Shown in pieces: positions 23,008 through 35,350 of a stretch of 49,564 nt of DNA (within the stretch, counting starts at the first letter, position 1; the number at the start of each line of letters is the position of its first letter). The notes under the pieces were generated by a model. That model ran no database searches. It was not told the origin of the DNA and saw only the letters and a list, made by a program, of their open reading frames with translations. The stretch comes from Octopus sinensis (Eukaryota). The position numbers and the translations under genes were made by a program. The stretch is taken from contig NW_021831686.1 of NCBI RefSeq assembly GCF_006345805.1, positions 1 to 49,564 of the forward strand. Direction: 5' to 3'.

Positions 23008-23797
23008 GCACAACAGCTTCCACAAGGACATGTGTTACATCAAAAATTCTTGGTTGGGGATGCTAACCCTTCATTCGCGTACGACATAATGCGGCAGCAG
23101 CATAGAATTGAAGCGTCCATCTCTTTCTTCTCTCAATGTAGAATGAGGAAATTTGGATGTTTGAAGTAATGTAAATAAATAAATACATATTAGACGTGAA
23201 GATGGAGGGGCGAGAATTCAGGACGAGGGATAAAAAATGTATAAAAGTGTAAGTATAGAAAAATATAAAAATGTAGATTATAAAGATATAAAGGGATATA
23301 AGGAATGTAAAGGGGTATAAAGAATATAAAGAACTATAAGAAATATAAATAAATGTAAGGCATAAGGTTATAAAGTAAAAATAGAAATAGAAATAAAAGT
23401 AAAAAGTAAAAATAAGAATAGGAATAAACATGATAAAAATGTAAAAAAATATAAGATAAGGGATGTATAGAGGTTATGGACCAAACATGGTGGTCAGGAG
23501 ATTGATAAAATTTAGTTGTAGAAGTTTTGGGTGTCAATAAATCAACAGTGTCGTCTGGGGACCTAATGTGTTGTAAATCAGAGCTGTTGAGCTTTTAATC
23601 TGGTTCTTTGAATTAATTGGTCATCTAGAACATACATACCATCATGGATACATACACCCATATACACGCGTACATATACGCCTCCAAGCCTATAAGCATA
23701 CACACGCACTCACGTGTAAACATGTACATAAACATACACACACCCACACGCACGCGCGTACATATACATACACATGTCCTTGTGGAAGCTGTTTTGC

Positions 23798-23875
23798 GCG
23801 GCTGAAGAAGGCCACAGACATACATTATGCATTGTTATAAATCTGTCTAATAAAGGCCCGAAACATATGTACCGC
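23798..23875 (+). ncRNA. Type I hammerhead ribozyme (plus copy), GUA site after 23871
   Basis: gcgg CTGAAGA aggcc acaga..tctgt..ggccc GAAAC atat GTA ccgc; palindromic acatatgt stem III. Confidence 0.8.
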
Positions 23876-23907
23876 TGAATCCTTCGCATCATGTTTTTAT
23901 TTTGATC

Positions 23908-23951
<44 letters not shown>

Positions 23952-24230
23952 TAATATTAGGGAACTAAGTCCAAACTTAAAGGGAAAAATTAGATTTAGG
24001 TTTAAATCCAATTTTATAGTATAAATATATTATATTATATTATATAAATTAGAGATAAAAACACTATTAGGCAAATAAAATATATATTTGTATAAATATA
24101 TTTAAAATTTATAAGTTTAAATATTTAAATAATTTTTAATTTTTAACTTTTATATTTTTAAATTATTTTTATGTATTGGCTTATGTTTTTCACTTTTGTT
24201 TTTGCCTAATAGTGGTTTATCTCTAATTTA

Positions 24231-24333
<103 letters not shown>

Positions 24334-24384
24334 ATATGTGTATTTATATTTATATACGCTTTATATATGCATGTATGTTTTGTG

Positions 24385-24580
24385 TGTCTGTGTTTGTACC
24401 CCAACATCGCTTGACAACCGATTTTGGTGTGTTTACGCCCCCGAAATTTAGGGGTTCGGCGAAAGGGACCGATAGAAATACTAGGCTTACAAAGAATAAG
24501 TCCTGGAGTCGATTTGCTCGACTAAAGGCGGAGCTCCAGCATGGCTGCAGTCAAAATGACTGAAACAAGTAGAACTGTAG
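24385..24580 (+). mobile_element. SINE module B
   Basis: aacatcgcttgacaaccgat...taggcttacaaagaataagtcctggagtcgatttgctcgactaaaggcgg... Confidence 0.8.
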
Positions 24581-24860
24581 AAGAATATATATAAATGTGT
24601 GTGTGTGTTTCTTTGTGTTTGTACTCCAACGCCGCTCAACAACCAGTGCTGGTTTGTTTGCATCCCCGTAACGCTCGACAAAAGGGAAGTTAAAATAAGT
24701 AACAGGCTTAGAAAAACTAAATGTTCAGGGGTAGATTCATTCGACTAAAAATTCTCTCTCCCCCCTCTCTCTCTCTCTATCTATATATATAAGATTAGAA
24801 AATAGAGAGGTAATTATTAATAAATTATTATTGAACACCTATTTTCTATATATTTAACTA

Positions 24861-24939
24861 CCTCTGAAGAGATCCAGCTTTCAAATAATTTTTAATTTAT
24901 TTAATTTACTGACGATCTGGAATTGAAACAGCTGTAAGG
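24861..24939 (+). ncRNA. Type I hammerhead ribozyme with long stem II loop, GUA site after 24936
   Basis: cct CTGAAGA gatccag [about 39 nt] ctggaatt GAAA cagctg TA agg; palindromic acagctgt stem III. Confidence 0.65.
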
Positions 24940-25536
24940 AATGTTTGTCAATTTTTTTATTAATAAATGATAACGAGGTTTGCAACCTGTAATTGTGCTG
25001 ATATATATATGAATTTTTACGTAATGAGATAAAAAACCAAGGGTGTGCAGATTTTAGAACATTTACCAATAGATAGTCTTACAGCTGTTTGTAGGATATT
25101 TATTATATCCCTTCATCGGAGACAGTGTGAGAAGATGTTTAAGCAATAGTTAATTAAGATAAGATGCGAAATAGAGAGTGAGGTGGAGGAATGAAAATAG
25201 ATGTGAGATATGCAGGGATATTGTATTTGTAGATCCATTATTTAGGCAGAATGGTATATAAATAAATTTCTAATACGTTATGAATAAAATCCAATAGTAT
25301 TTAGTATTTCAGTCTCACTGACACTATAATCTTCCATAACCTATCTCTCTCTCTCTCTGTATATATATATATATATATTATATATATATATAATATATAT
25401 ATATAATACAGACACACACATATATATATTCTTCGCCACTACTACATGATCCGTGCTCGACCCGCTTGCCTAAATACCTTCTATAGCTTTGGACCAACTA
25501 AAGTGGATTTTGTAGATGATAGCTGAAGCCCGTCGT

Positions 25537-25626
<90 letters not shown>

Positions 25627-26004
25627 GGTGTGTGTGTGTGTGTGTGTGTGCGTGCGTGTGTGTGTATATGTATGTATGTGTATACATATATATATATGTC
25701 TGTGTCTGCGTGTAACTACTTATATCTATGGTGTGTGTCTTTGTGTCTCTCCCCGACCATGGCTTGGCAACCGGTGATGGTGTGTTACAGTCACCCTAAC
25801 TTATATACGATGGTCCTCTTTCAGTTTCCGTCTTCAATATTTGCTCACAAGATTCGGTCAGCCCGAGGATATTGTAAAAGACAGTCGTCGAAGGTGGTAT
25901 GCTGTAGAACTAAAATCGGAACCATATCGTTGGGAAGAAAGCTTCTTACCACAAAGCCACGCCTTTATGTTAGTGTGTTGTATGTATGTATGTTTGCATG
26001 TATG

Positions 26005-26059
<55 letters not shown>

Positions 26060-26061
26060 TA

Positions 26062-27037
26062 AAGATGCAATAACAAGACAACAAGACAACAAGACAACGA
26101 CATACGTAGGGGAAACGGCAAGAAACATAGGAGAGAGCGGGTAAATGAGCATTGGAGACAACTCAAGGTAGGGAAAAGCTCATCGATTCTGTACCAACAC
26201 GCCAAACAGGAACACGGGGGATCAATCAACAACATAGAAGTTAAAATATTGTCCACATATAGAACAGATGCAACGATCAGACAAATTACAGAAGCTACAC
26301 ACATAATAGAAGATAAACCTAGCCTGAATAGGAAATTGGAATGGAACACTAGCACACACCACAACATATGACGGTAGAGGATACCCATAAACTGGTTACA
26401 ATATAAACAAAACCGAAAACACAATAAATAAAATACACAGATAAATAAACAAATAGAAATAAATAACTATATAAGTTTTTTTGGTTTAATTTAAAAGATT
26501 TAAAAAATTTATTATTACTATTATTATTACTAGTATTGTTGTTATAAATACATACATACAAGCATACGTAATGATAATAATAATATGTGGATGTAAACAC
26601 ATAAACAAAATAAGAATAAACAAAAACAACAAAAACAAATTACATAAACGTATACAAACAGAAGATACAAATATTAAAGGCACCCCCCACACACTAAATA
26701 AACATAGACGCACATAGAGATATAAGCATGCGCAAATGAAGACATACAATAGAAATACAAAATGGCTGACTGTTAGTTAAGAGAGACACAAATAAGAAAG
26801 AAGAAAACAAAGGACCACTGACGCGGTCACAGGAGTGTGACTAAAGAACTCTGGCGAAATAAGATTAAGATTAATGTAAAAAATAAATAACACTGAAGTA
26901 ACACCAAATATATAGTGCATGTGTTTTTATTGTGTGTTTTATTGGCTAAACTGGCAATATGACCATTCCAAAATATAACAATATCTGTTTCAACACACGA
27001 CTTCACATAAAAAATCTTGCACAACAAATATTTAAAC

Positions 27038-27041
<4 letters not shown>
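26062..27041 (+). mobile_element. 5'-truncated Penelope-like copy: GIY-YIG C-terminus plus pseudo-LTR
   Basis: TTYVGETAR...RVNEHWRQLK...RQITEATHIIEDKPSLNRKLEW; colinear with 29570-30590; between (TA)n tracts. Confidence 0.85.
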
Positions 27042-27086
<45 letters not shown>

Positions 27087-27726
27087 ATTTAGGAATGGTC
27101 ATTTTGCCAGTTTAGCCAATAAAACACACGCACTATATATTTGGTGTTACTTTGCTTCAGTGTTATTTATTTTTTCTTCTACTTATTTGTGTCACTCCTT
27201 ACTAACCGTCAGCATTTTGTATTTCTATTGTATGTCTTCATTTGCGCATGCTTATATCTCTATGTGCGTTTATGTTTATTTAGTGTGTGTATGTGGGGGA
27301 TGCCTGTAATATTTGTATCTTCTGGTTATATATGTTCATGTAATTTGTAATTTTATATGTTCATGTAATTTGTATTTGGTATTTTGTTTTTTGTTTTTTG
27401 TTTTGTTGTTTTTGGTTATTCTTATTTGTTCATGTGTTTAATCCACCCATTATTATCATTACATATGCTTGTATGTATGTATGTATACAACAATACTAGT
27501 AATAATAATAATAATTGAATCGAAAAAAAAACTTACTGCATGAACCGGATTTATCCAACAACATTACCCTTCAACAAAAGAGTCTACATCCCTAGACATA
27601 ATAATGACCACATAGAAGCACAGTTCACTATAGCTAGGACCAAACTTAGACAGATTTTAGGATTATACACTAAGAGACAGAGACAGAATAAGACAGAGGC
27701 CCAACAACTCGGGATTAAACCTGCAT

Positions 27727-28518
27727 GTGGCCTACATAAGCTCATTCAGCGCACGAGGAAGGATGTCAATAGACAGCTTACCGAACTACATCCAGGCAAT
27801 GCAACCTCATATCGCCAATACAAAGATAACAACTGTACAGGCACATGAGGAGAGAGAAAAGGTCCTCAACGCCCACATGATGATGTGGACAATTGTTCTG
27901 GGACCCCAGAAACGTACAGGAAATAATTTCCAAGCCTGGAACAATGATATCCCGGCACTGTATGGACTTCGCAAGGACCATAAAGGTTTTACAGACCCTA
28001 TAGCAGGACCACCAACAAGACCAGTCTGTGGAGCGAATATCGCTTGCAATTACAGAATCTCCTACTTCCTCTCAATGATCATACGCCCTATAATCAGGAT
28101 GTCACCTGATGTGTGTGACAGCACAGAATATCTCCTCAGCAGGATCGATGACTGTAACAGCACTTGTGACCTGACAGGATGTATGGTGGGTAGCATGGAT
28201 GTGGTATCCTTATACCCATCGATCGACGTAGATTTTGCGGTGGAGAAGTGCGTGGAGATGATCAATGAGAGCCAGGTGGAGTTCTGTAATGTCAACACAG
28301 AAGAACTGGGCCTCCTACTTAGACTGAGATGTAATACTGAATACTTAGATAAACGTAATCTTAGTAGTTTCTGCCCCAGTAGATGTTTAAGAGGTAGACC
28401 ACCCACAATTACTTCTATGGCTAGAAAGACACATATAGAAAGATGGCGCGGATGGACCAGAGCCATACGGAGCCCCGCAAATGTCCATCAGATAAAGAAA
28501 ATGATCGCACAGCACTAG
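27727..28518 (+). pseudogene. Penelope-type reverse transcriptase, N-terminal half
   Basis: Provided ORF with LYGLRKDHK / RPVCGA / MDVVSLYPSI; continues in other frames after frameshifts. Confidence 0.85.
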
Positions 28519-29910
28519 GAGCTAGTATAAGAATTACCTAAAAGGCCACACGTTTAAGTTTAATAATAAATATATGCCCAGGACGAGGGCGCAACCATCG
28601 GCGTTAGTATCGCTGGTGATGTGGCCAACCTCTTCATGGTATGGTGGGACAGAAGCGCTTAAAGAACGCCTAACACAGAACTCATACTCGTAAAACATGT
28701 AATCTCGCTATGTTGATGAATCAATATAGTGATAAAGGCACCCCACACAGAGAGTAATGTTGATATAGTAATAGAAACTAATACTATGGAGAGCATCCAG
28801 CAAATAGCTAACTCATCCACCAGAGTATTAAGGTCACAATAGACTACCCCACTAAAACACCCAACCATAGACTAGCAGTACTAGACACCGAACTCTGGCT
28901 AGAAATTGTGAATAATAAAACCCAAATCCTTCATTCATACTATGCCAAACCTATGGCCTCAAAATACTTGATCCACCGGAACTCAGAGCCATTGGGACAA
29001 TGCCAAATTCAATATTTTGATGGCAGACCTCGTCAGAATAATGAGAAATGTGACATGCATATGCGAGCCCACAGAGTTAAAGAGACACATACAATATTTC
29101 ATTCACCGCATGCAGTTCTCAGGTTACAGCCATAAAGAAAGGATCAGAGTATACAAGGAGCCATTAAGAAATTTGATAATATATTATGTAATGATAGGAA
29201 TGGTATTTGCCCACTCTATAGGAACAAGTCATGGAACACTATAGAAAGGACAAAAAAGAAAATAGGGAAGGCCAACTCTTGGTATGATAGCCATAAATAC
29301 CAGAGTATCATGTTCGTTGACACCACCCCTGGAGGTGAACTGGCGTATCGCTTTAGAAGGACCCTAGACAAACTTAAGCTAAGAATTAAGTTGTTGAAAG
29401 CCAGGCAACCCTATCAAATCTATAATTGGTAGAACCTATCCTTTTAGTAGAAAACCCCCTGTAACGGATAAGTACTGTACTGTATGTAGATTTAGCCACA
29501 AAAACAAACTGTAAAGCCAGAAATGTAGTCTATAGTATAAGATGTATAGAGGGGGACGATGCAGTAACAAGAAAACGACATACGTAAGGGAAACGGCAAG
29601 AAGCATAGGAGAGCGGGTTAATGAGCATTGGAGACAACTCAAGGAAGGTAAAAGCTCATCGATTCTGTGCCAACACGCCGAACAAGACACGGAGGATCAA
29701 TCAATAACATAGAAATTAAAATATTATCCACACATAGATCAGATGCAACAATTAGACAAATTACAGAAGCTACACACATAATAGAAAATAAACCTAGTCT
29801 GAATAGAAAACTAGAATGGAGCACTAACAAACACCACACAACATAAGACGATAGAGGATCCTGAAAACATAATAAATACACAGATAAATAAATAAACTAA
29901 TAGAAATAAA

Positions 29911-29957
<47 letters not shown>

Positions 29958-30361
29958 GTAAATGTATGTATATATATATATATATATATTTTTTTTTTTC
30001 GATTCAATTTATATTATTATTATTACTAGTATTGTTTTTATACATACATACTACATACAGCATATGTAATGATAATAATGGGTGGATGTAAACACAGGAA
30101 CAAAATAAGAATAAACAAAAACAACAAAAACAAAAAACAAAAAACAAAATACAAAATACAAATTACATGAACATATAAAATTACAAATTACTTGAACATA
30201 TTAAACAGAAGATACAAATATTACAGGCATCCCCCACATAACACACTAAATAAACACTAAACGCACATAGAGATATAAGCATGCGAAAATGAAGACTTTA
30301 CATAGAAATACAAATGGCTGATGGTTAGTAAGGGGAGACACAAATAAGTAAGAAGAACAAA

Positions 30362-30408
30362 GGACCACTGATGCGGGTTCACAGGAGTGTGACGAAAGAA
30401 CTCTGGCC
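30362..30408 (+). ncRNA. Degenerate hammerhead in the Penelope pseudo-LTR (A9 replaced by C); second copy at 26812-26855
   Basis: ggacca CTGATGc gggttcac-aggagt-gtgac GAAA gaa CTC tggcc. Confidence 0.5.
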
Positions 30409-30829
30409 GAAATAAGATTAGATTAATGTTAAAAAATAAATAACACTGAAGCAAAGAACACCAAATATATAGTGCGGTGTGTTTTATTGGCTAAACTGGC
30501 AAATGACCATTCCTAAATACAACAATATCTGTTTCAACACAGACTTTCACATAAAAAATCTTGCACAACAAATATTTAAACGTATATATATATATTATAT
30601 ATATATATATATATAATATATATATATATACACATACATATACATATATATATACCACACAAACACAAAACACACACACAGACACGCACACGAATCTACG
30701 ACTGGATCGTCTTGCTTCCTTCTTAATGGTATAGCCGCATCTGCTCTAGAGTAATAGAACGATATCTGAGAGCCACTCCTAGCGCAGAGATGCTTTTCCA
30801 GCCACTGTCTGCTTGTTTCCTACCCAGGT

Positions 30830-31000
30830 CCACCTGCCCCACTTCACAGTCTATCATCACTCTCTCGAGGTCGTGGATACATCCCAGGCCAATGTCTCCA
30901 ATCAAGTTGTCGATGTAAGTGTGACGAAGTTTTCCTCTTCTTACATCACCATAAAGTGAATTCCACAAGACTACAAGACTAAGTCGGATGTTTTCAGTTC
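30830..31000 (-). mobile_element. RTE/RTE-X-like LINE 3' fragment
   Basis: LW...GDVRRGKLRHTYIDNLIGDIG resembles the C-terminal GR..RGR...TYID.L..D motif. Confidence 0.5.
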
Positions 31001-31059
31001 ACGGTAGCGCACACAGTGACCAGATAGTCACAGCCGTCGTTGCCTAATCTCGGTAACTG

Positions 31060-31510
31060 TCGGCAGGTTTCCTTAAAGGCATCTGTTTGTCATTTGTGGA
31101 TGCCATTTTACGTTTAGTGCCGTTTGTAGCATGTTTATGCTGCAGCCAATTTTGCTCACTGCAAATTCATCATGTTGCTTTCTCCACGTCGAAATTGCAT
31201 CCCTTCGTCAGCAAGCCTCCTTTACTCTCATCTTTTGAACTCTGTGATTTATTCCAGTTTCCAGCGGGAGCGTTCATCAAGAAAGCTTTCTCAGCTTTCA
31301 ACGTTTTCTGTCAATAGAACTCACGTATCTCTTGCAGACATGCTCGAAACGAAAATGGTGTTGCCCTTGAACTCTCTTACTGGAACCATTTCACCGCAAA
31401 GCAGGTCTTTTGGCATCTTTGCACCTGACATGATGTGTACATGTCCCAACTAGCTGATGCGTTGTTGCACTAGAATGATGTCGTTGCGTATCTACATGTG
31501 AGCCACAACT
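31060..31510 (-). mobile_element. RTE LINE 3' fragment
   Basis: QQRIS*LGHVHIM..AKMPKDLLCGEM parallels QRRMRWLGHVNRM..GRIPKDILNGEL at about 16790. Confidence 0.7.
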
Positions 31511-31924
31511 TCAAGTGTCGGGGTATCGGCCGACAGGTTCCCTTTGATGTTTAGGATCAGTGTGTTATCTTTTTTTAAATTTAGAGTAAATTTTCACCGG
31601 CTACTTATCTGGTAGCAAGGTTTTAAAAAGAAATCATTTTGTTTTCTTCTCCACCCTTCAAATCTTAAGGTCCTGCAGATTTTTATTGTCCGAGATATAG
31701 TGATCATTTGTTGCTTATGAATTAAGAATGTGCATTCTCTCCCCAAGATCCCAAATTCAGTCACACTTTGCTCCAGACGGGCTGGTATGTATTCCTTTGC
31801 TCCAGTAAAGTAAGTATGAAGGTGAAAGTGTATCTTAGGCACTGAATTTGCTAACTCTTTATCAATGGTACATAGATGTCTGCTTTCTCTTGTATTTTGC
31901 TAACAAAAAATGACTAGGAATATC

Positions 31925-32325
31925 GGCAAGAAGATAAGTCGATTTCATCGACGGTACTTATTTTATCGACTTTGAAAGGATAAAAGACAAAGTCGATCTC
32001 GGTGAAATTTGAACTCAGAGCGTAATGACGGACGAAATGTCGCAAAGCATTTTGCTCAGCGTGCTAACAAGTCTGCCACATCACCGTCTTCAAACTTTTT
32101 AATTTATTGCTTTAAAATTTTGTCACAAAGCCAGTAATTTCGGGTGAGGGGATAAGTCGATTACATCAATTAGTAATTAACTGGTACTTATTTTATCGAC
32201 CCTGAAAGGGATAAAAGGCAAAGTTGACCTCAGCGGAATTTGAACTCAGAAAGTAAAGACGGATGAAATGCCAATAAGCATTTTGCTCGGCGTGCTAACA
32301 TTCTGCCGGGTCGCCACCTTCATAG
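31925..32325 (-). mobile_element. Two tandem copies of a third tRNA-derived SINE family
   Basis: gataagtcgat...gtacttattttatcgac...gaatttgaactcaga...gcattttgctc.gcgtgctaaca at 31930-32090 and 32150-32325; related piece on + at 9560-9710. Confidence 0.75.
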
Positions 32326-32454
32326 TCGATATTATTCAAAACAGTTAAGCATAACATAGCATCATACATTTACTTTATTTACGCACGCACACACATGTGT
32401 CCATTTGTTTGGGAAGTAAGCTTCTTACCACACAGCCACGCCTGTATATACATA

Positions 32455-32830
32455 TATAAAAATTAAATTAGAGATAAAACCACTATTAGGCAAATCAAAC
32501 AGTGAAAAACATAAACCAAAACATAACAATAAAAATAATTAATATAATATACAAAAAATATAAAATATAAAATTTAAAATTTAAATTATTTAAATTTATA
32601 TTTATATTTATAATTAAAATATATATATATATATATATAACTATCAAAAAGTATTAAAAAGTTTATTATAAGATAAGTAAAACCACTACGTACGTTTCAG
32701 GGCCATAACCTAATTCGAATTACAATAATTTAAATTCAATTATAAATTCGAATTATGGTTATTGTCAATCTTCAGGTTAATGATAATAGTTAAATAAATA
32801 AGCAAATATATTTAAACAATATTATTTAAA
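32455..32830 (-). repeat. AT-rich pseudo-LTR-like repeat with hammerhead-like motif (32682-32780), copy 2
   Basis: Colinear with 19310-19880. Confidence 0.8.
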
Positions 32831-33100
32831 AAATAAATAAAATAATAATTTTTCTTATAAAAAATCTATTATCAAACTAGAAACTTTAATGATTATGATT
32901 ATGTCATACAATCCAATTATAATGTTAACTATTAAATTTTAAGGTAAAAAATGTATTTATCTATTCAGATATAATATGGCTTTAAAATGAATATACACAT
33001 TTATGTATGCATACATGCATATTATATTTGCGCATGCGTGTGCGCGCGCGTGTGTATCTGTAATTGGATGTATTATGTAAATGTGTATATATGTATTCAT

Positions 33101-33150
<50 letters not shown>

Positions 33151-33331
33151 ACATATATATATATATATATATGTATGTATAAGAGGATAATTATTGTAAC
33201 TTCGTTACAGCACAGAACAAAAATAAAAAATAGGACTGCAGCAGGAAGTGCTCAGGTGACACCGAGGCGAAAGGAGAAATAAATTGAAAAGTATAATGAA
33301 TAAATGCTCCATTTGGTCAAAACAATTTTAT

Positions 33332-33713
33332 ATCATTCCCAAATTATCAGAAATCGAACATAAATATATATTTAAACAATAGGGCACCCAATGGTAAAAT
33401 CCAATAGTATAAAATATACACATATACACCAATAAATGGTGACAAAACCTAAAAGGGTAATACGATTGAAGTGGCATGAAGAAAAATATATGGAATAAAT
33501 TGACGCCTTTATTATACATGAATTTATTTCGCTATTTCTCTTCATTCCACTTCACTCGTACTATCCTTTTAGGTGCTTCATTCGACTTCACTCGTATTAG
33601 CGTTTTATTCGTGTATATGTGTATATTTTATACTATCGGGTTTTACCATTGGGTGCCCTATATTTATATATATTTATGTATTTATATTCGATTTTTGATA
33701 ATTTGAGAATGAT
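33332..33713. repeat. Fold-back with about 105-bp arms (33332-33436 and 33604-33713)
   Basis: The arms are reverse complements (tagggcacccaatggtaaaa...tagtataaaatatacacatatacac). The spacer holds a 24-bp direct repeat, cttcattc(c/g)acttcactcgta(c/t)ta. Confidence 0.85.
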
Positions 33714-34339
33714 GCAAAGTTATTTTGACCGATTGGAATGTTTATTCATTATACCTTTCAATATGTATGTATATATCTATGTATGCATGTATGTATTGTG
33801 TAAACATGTAATATTTTCTCCTATGTGTCTATCAGTCTGCTCTTTTTTGTCTGTGTATCCGTCGAGCAAGCACCATCTCGACTTAATGCCTGTCAGCCTG
33901 CTTGTTCTTCTTTTAGCCTGTCTTTACCTTCATCGATTCTTCTATTTGTTTATTTGTCCGCCAGTCTCTCTGTATGTTTGTAACTTTATTTATTTATGCC
34001 CATCTGTTTATTTGTCTGCTTTCTTTTTGTCTTTCATTATTTTTCTTTATTTCGTTCTTTTTTGTGGTTTTCTATATTCCGCCATGTCCATCTGTTCGAC
34101 CGTTCATCGCTGTTTGTCCACCCGTTTGTTTACCTGTCAATTCATTTTCATTTTGACCAGATGCAAGTCTCGAGGGAGAAAAACTTAACATTTTTATTTA
34201 TGTTTTTTTCTTTAATATGAAATGCATTATTCATCTGTAGTCTGACATTTTTATACATTTTGTTTATTTATTACACCCCGTCCACCCCACATCTCACCTA
34301 TATTTCTTAGGAGAAAAATATTTCAAAAATATTTTGAAT

Positions 34340-35350
34340 TGTAAAAAAAACAAAAGGCGGCGATTAGATTCCTTGGTTAATAGGAACTGGGAAGAAGTCA
34401 TAATCAAGGTGGCCAAAGTCACCCAGAAATGAACAGAGATGAAGCTGTCTCTGAAAGGCCGGGCGGAAGTAACGAATGCACACATCATCTCGGTAGTGTA
34501 CAGTGACAAGATTGATCACTTGCTATTTCGATTCTTATGGAAGGGTCAGGTTCTGTTACTTAGAAAATCCATCTGCTACCAACATCAACTCTGTTGTGGT
34601 CTTGGGATACTACCCATGATGACTCGACTCCACGCATCGAGGCTGACATATATGCGGAAATATCTAAATTACTGCGATATGAAGGACAGAGACGAGCATA
34701 AGAGTGAACTGGTATGGGCGTCCTTCGTGGAACACGTCTTTCCGCAGCTCATCTCATTGATGGAGATGCAATCATGGGTCAAACGTAGACCGAGATTGGG
34801 CGTTTTGCATCTAGAATGTTGCAAGACACTCACTACGCTCTACCAGCTGGACAAAACCGTTAGCTGGAAAACAACCCAACATTTCTAAAGGGAGTTGGTT
34901 AGTTGAGCGATGATGACCTAGGATTAACTCTGGGTATCGACGAGAGCAGTCTGAGTGGTGTCTTTCGGAAGACTTTCGGGTCAAAGGCCAAAGACAATTT
35001 CTAAAAACCTTTGGCATGGTAGTTCTACAGGGCGGCAATGCCTGTTCGAGGCAAGCTCTTCAGGTATGGAAATGCCAACAGCTGAACCTACCCGAGATGC
35101 ATTCAGGAGAACGAAACCATCCTTCATGCAATCGTTCACTATCCGTGTATTAGAGACTTGTGGGCTTGTGTTGAGCAGTTGCTGTTTGGTGTAAGTGGAA
35201 TCCAACACTCCATCGAGCGTATAGTGAAAATCAATGCACCACCTTTCGGTAGCAGAGATGGAAGTAAATCTTTCTCTGCTTAGCGGTTGTGGCAAAAGAA
35301 GGTGTATGGTGGACTCGTTTGAAAGGTTTGAAGACAGACACTTTCCTATC
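34340..35350 (+). mobile_element. Tx1-like LINE, decayed 3' fragment
   Basis: KLSLKGRAEV, LLFRFLWKG, WVKRRPR parallel 1260-2160. Confidence 0.8.

Larger units (their letters stand above)
22896..23911. repeat. About 140-bp inverted repeats (22896-23035 and 23770-23911) around a 735-bp spacer; decayed Penelope-like unit with inverted pseudo-LTR
   Basis: The arms are near-perfect reverse complements and each contains a hammerhead. (TA)n lies on or near both flanks. Confidence 0.9.
27080..30590 (+). mobile_element. Penelope-like retroelement: inverted pseudo-LTR (27080-27532), RT to GIY-YIG ORF remnants (27540-29850), pseudo-LTR (29860-30590)
   Basis: LYGLRKDHK..RPVCGA, GSMDVVSLYPSID, AQDEGATIG..AGDVANLFMVWWDR, RYVDE, LAVLDTELW..YYAKPMAS, RMQFSGY, Cys cluster, then TYVRETAR..EHW. 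Confidence 0.9.

Noticed and set aside
25481-26013. IY/YI/CV-repeat ORFs here and at many other sites
   Set aside because: They are (TA)n, (TG)n and (TATC)n microsatellites, which lack stops in some frames.
27540-29850. Selenocysteine recoding in the Penelope ORF
   Set aside because: Interruptions look like ordinary frameshifts and stops; no UGA at an evident Cys position and no SECIS identified.
31590-31900. Possible host exon: about 100-codon minus-strand open frame and plus-strand splice-like sites
   Set aside because: No recognisable protein motif. The minus-strand donor would be non-canonical (cag/ataagt), and the long plus-strand candidate exon has stops in all frames. RNA-seq would be needed.
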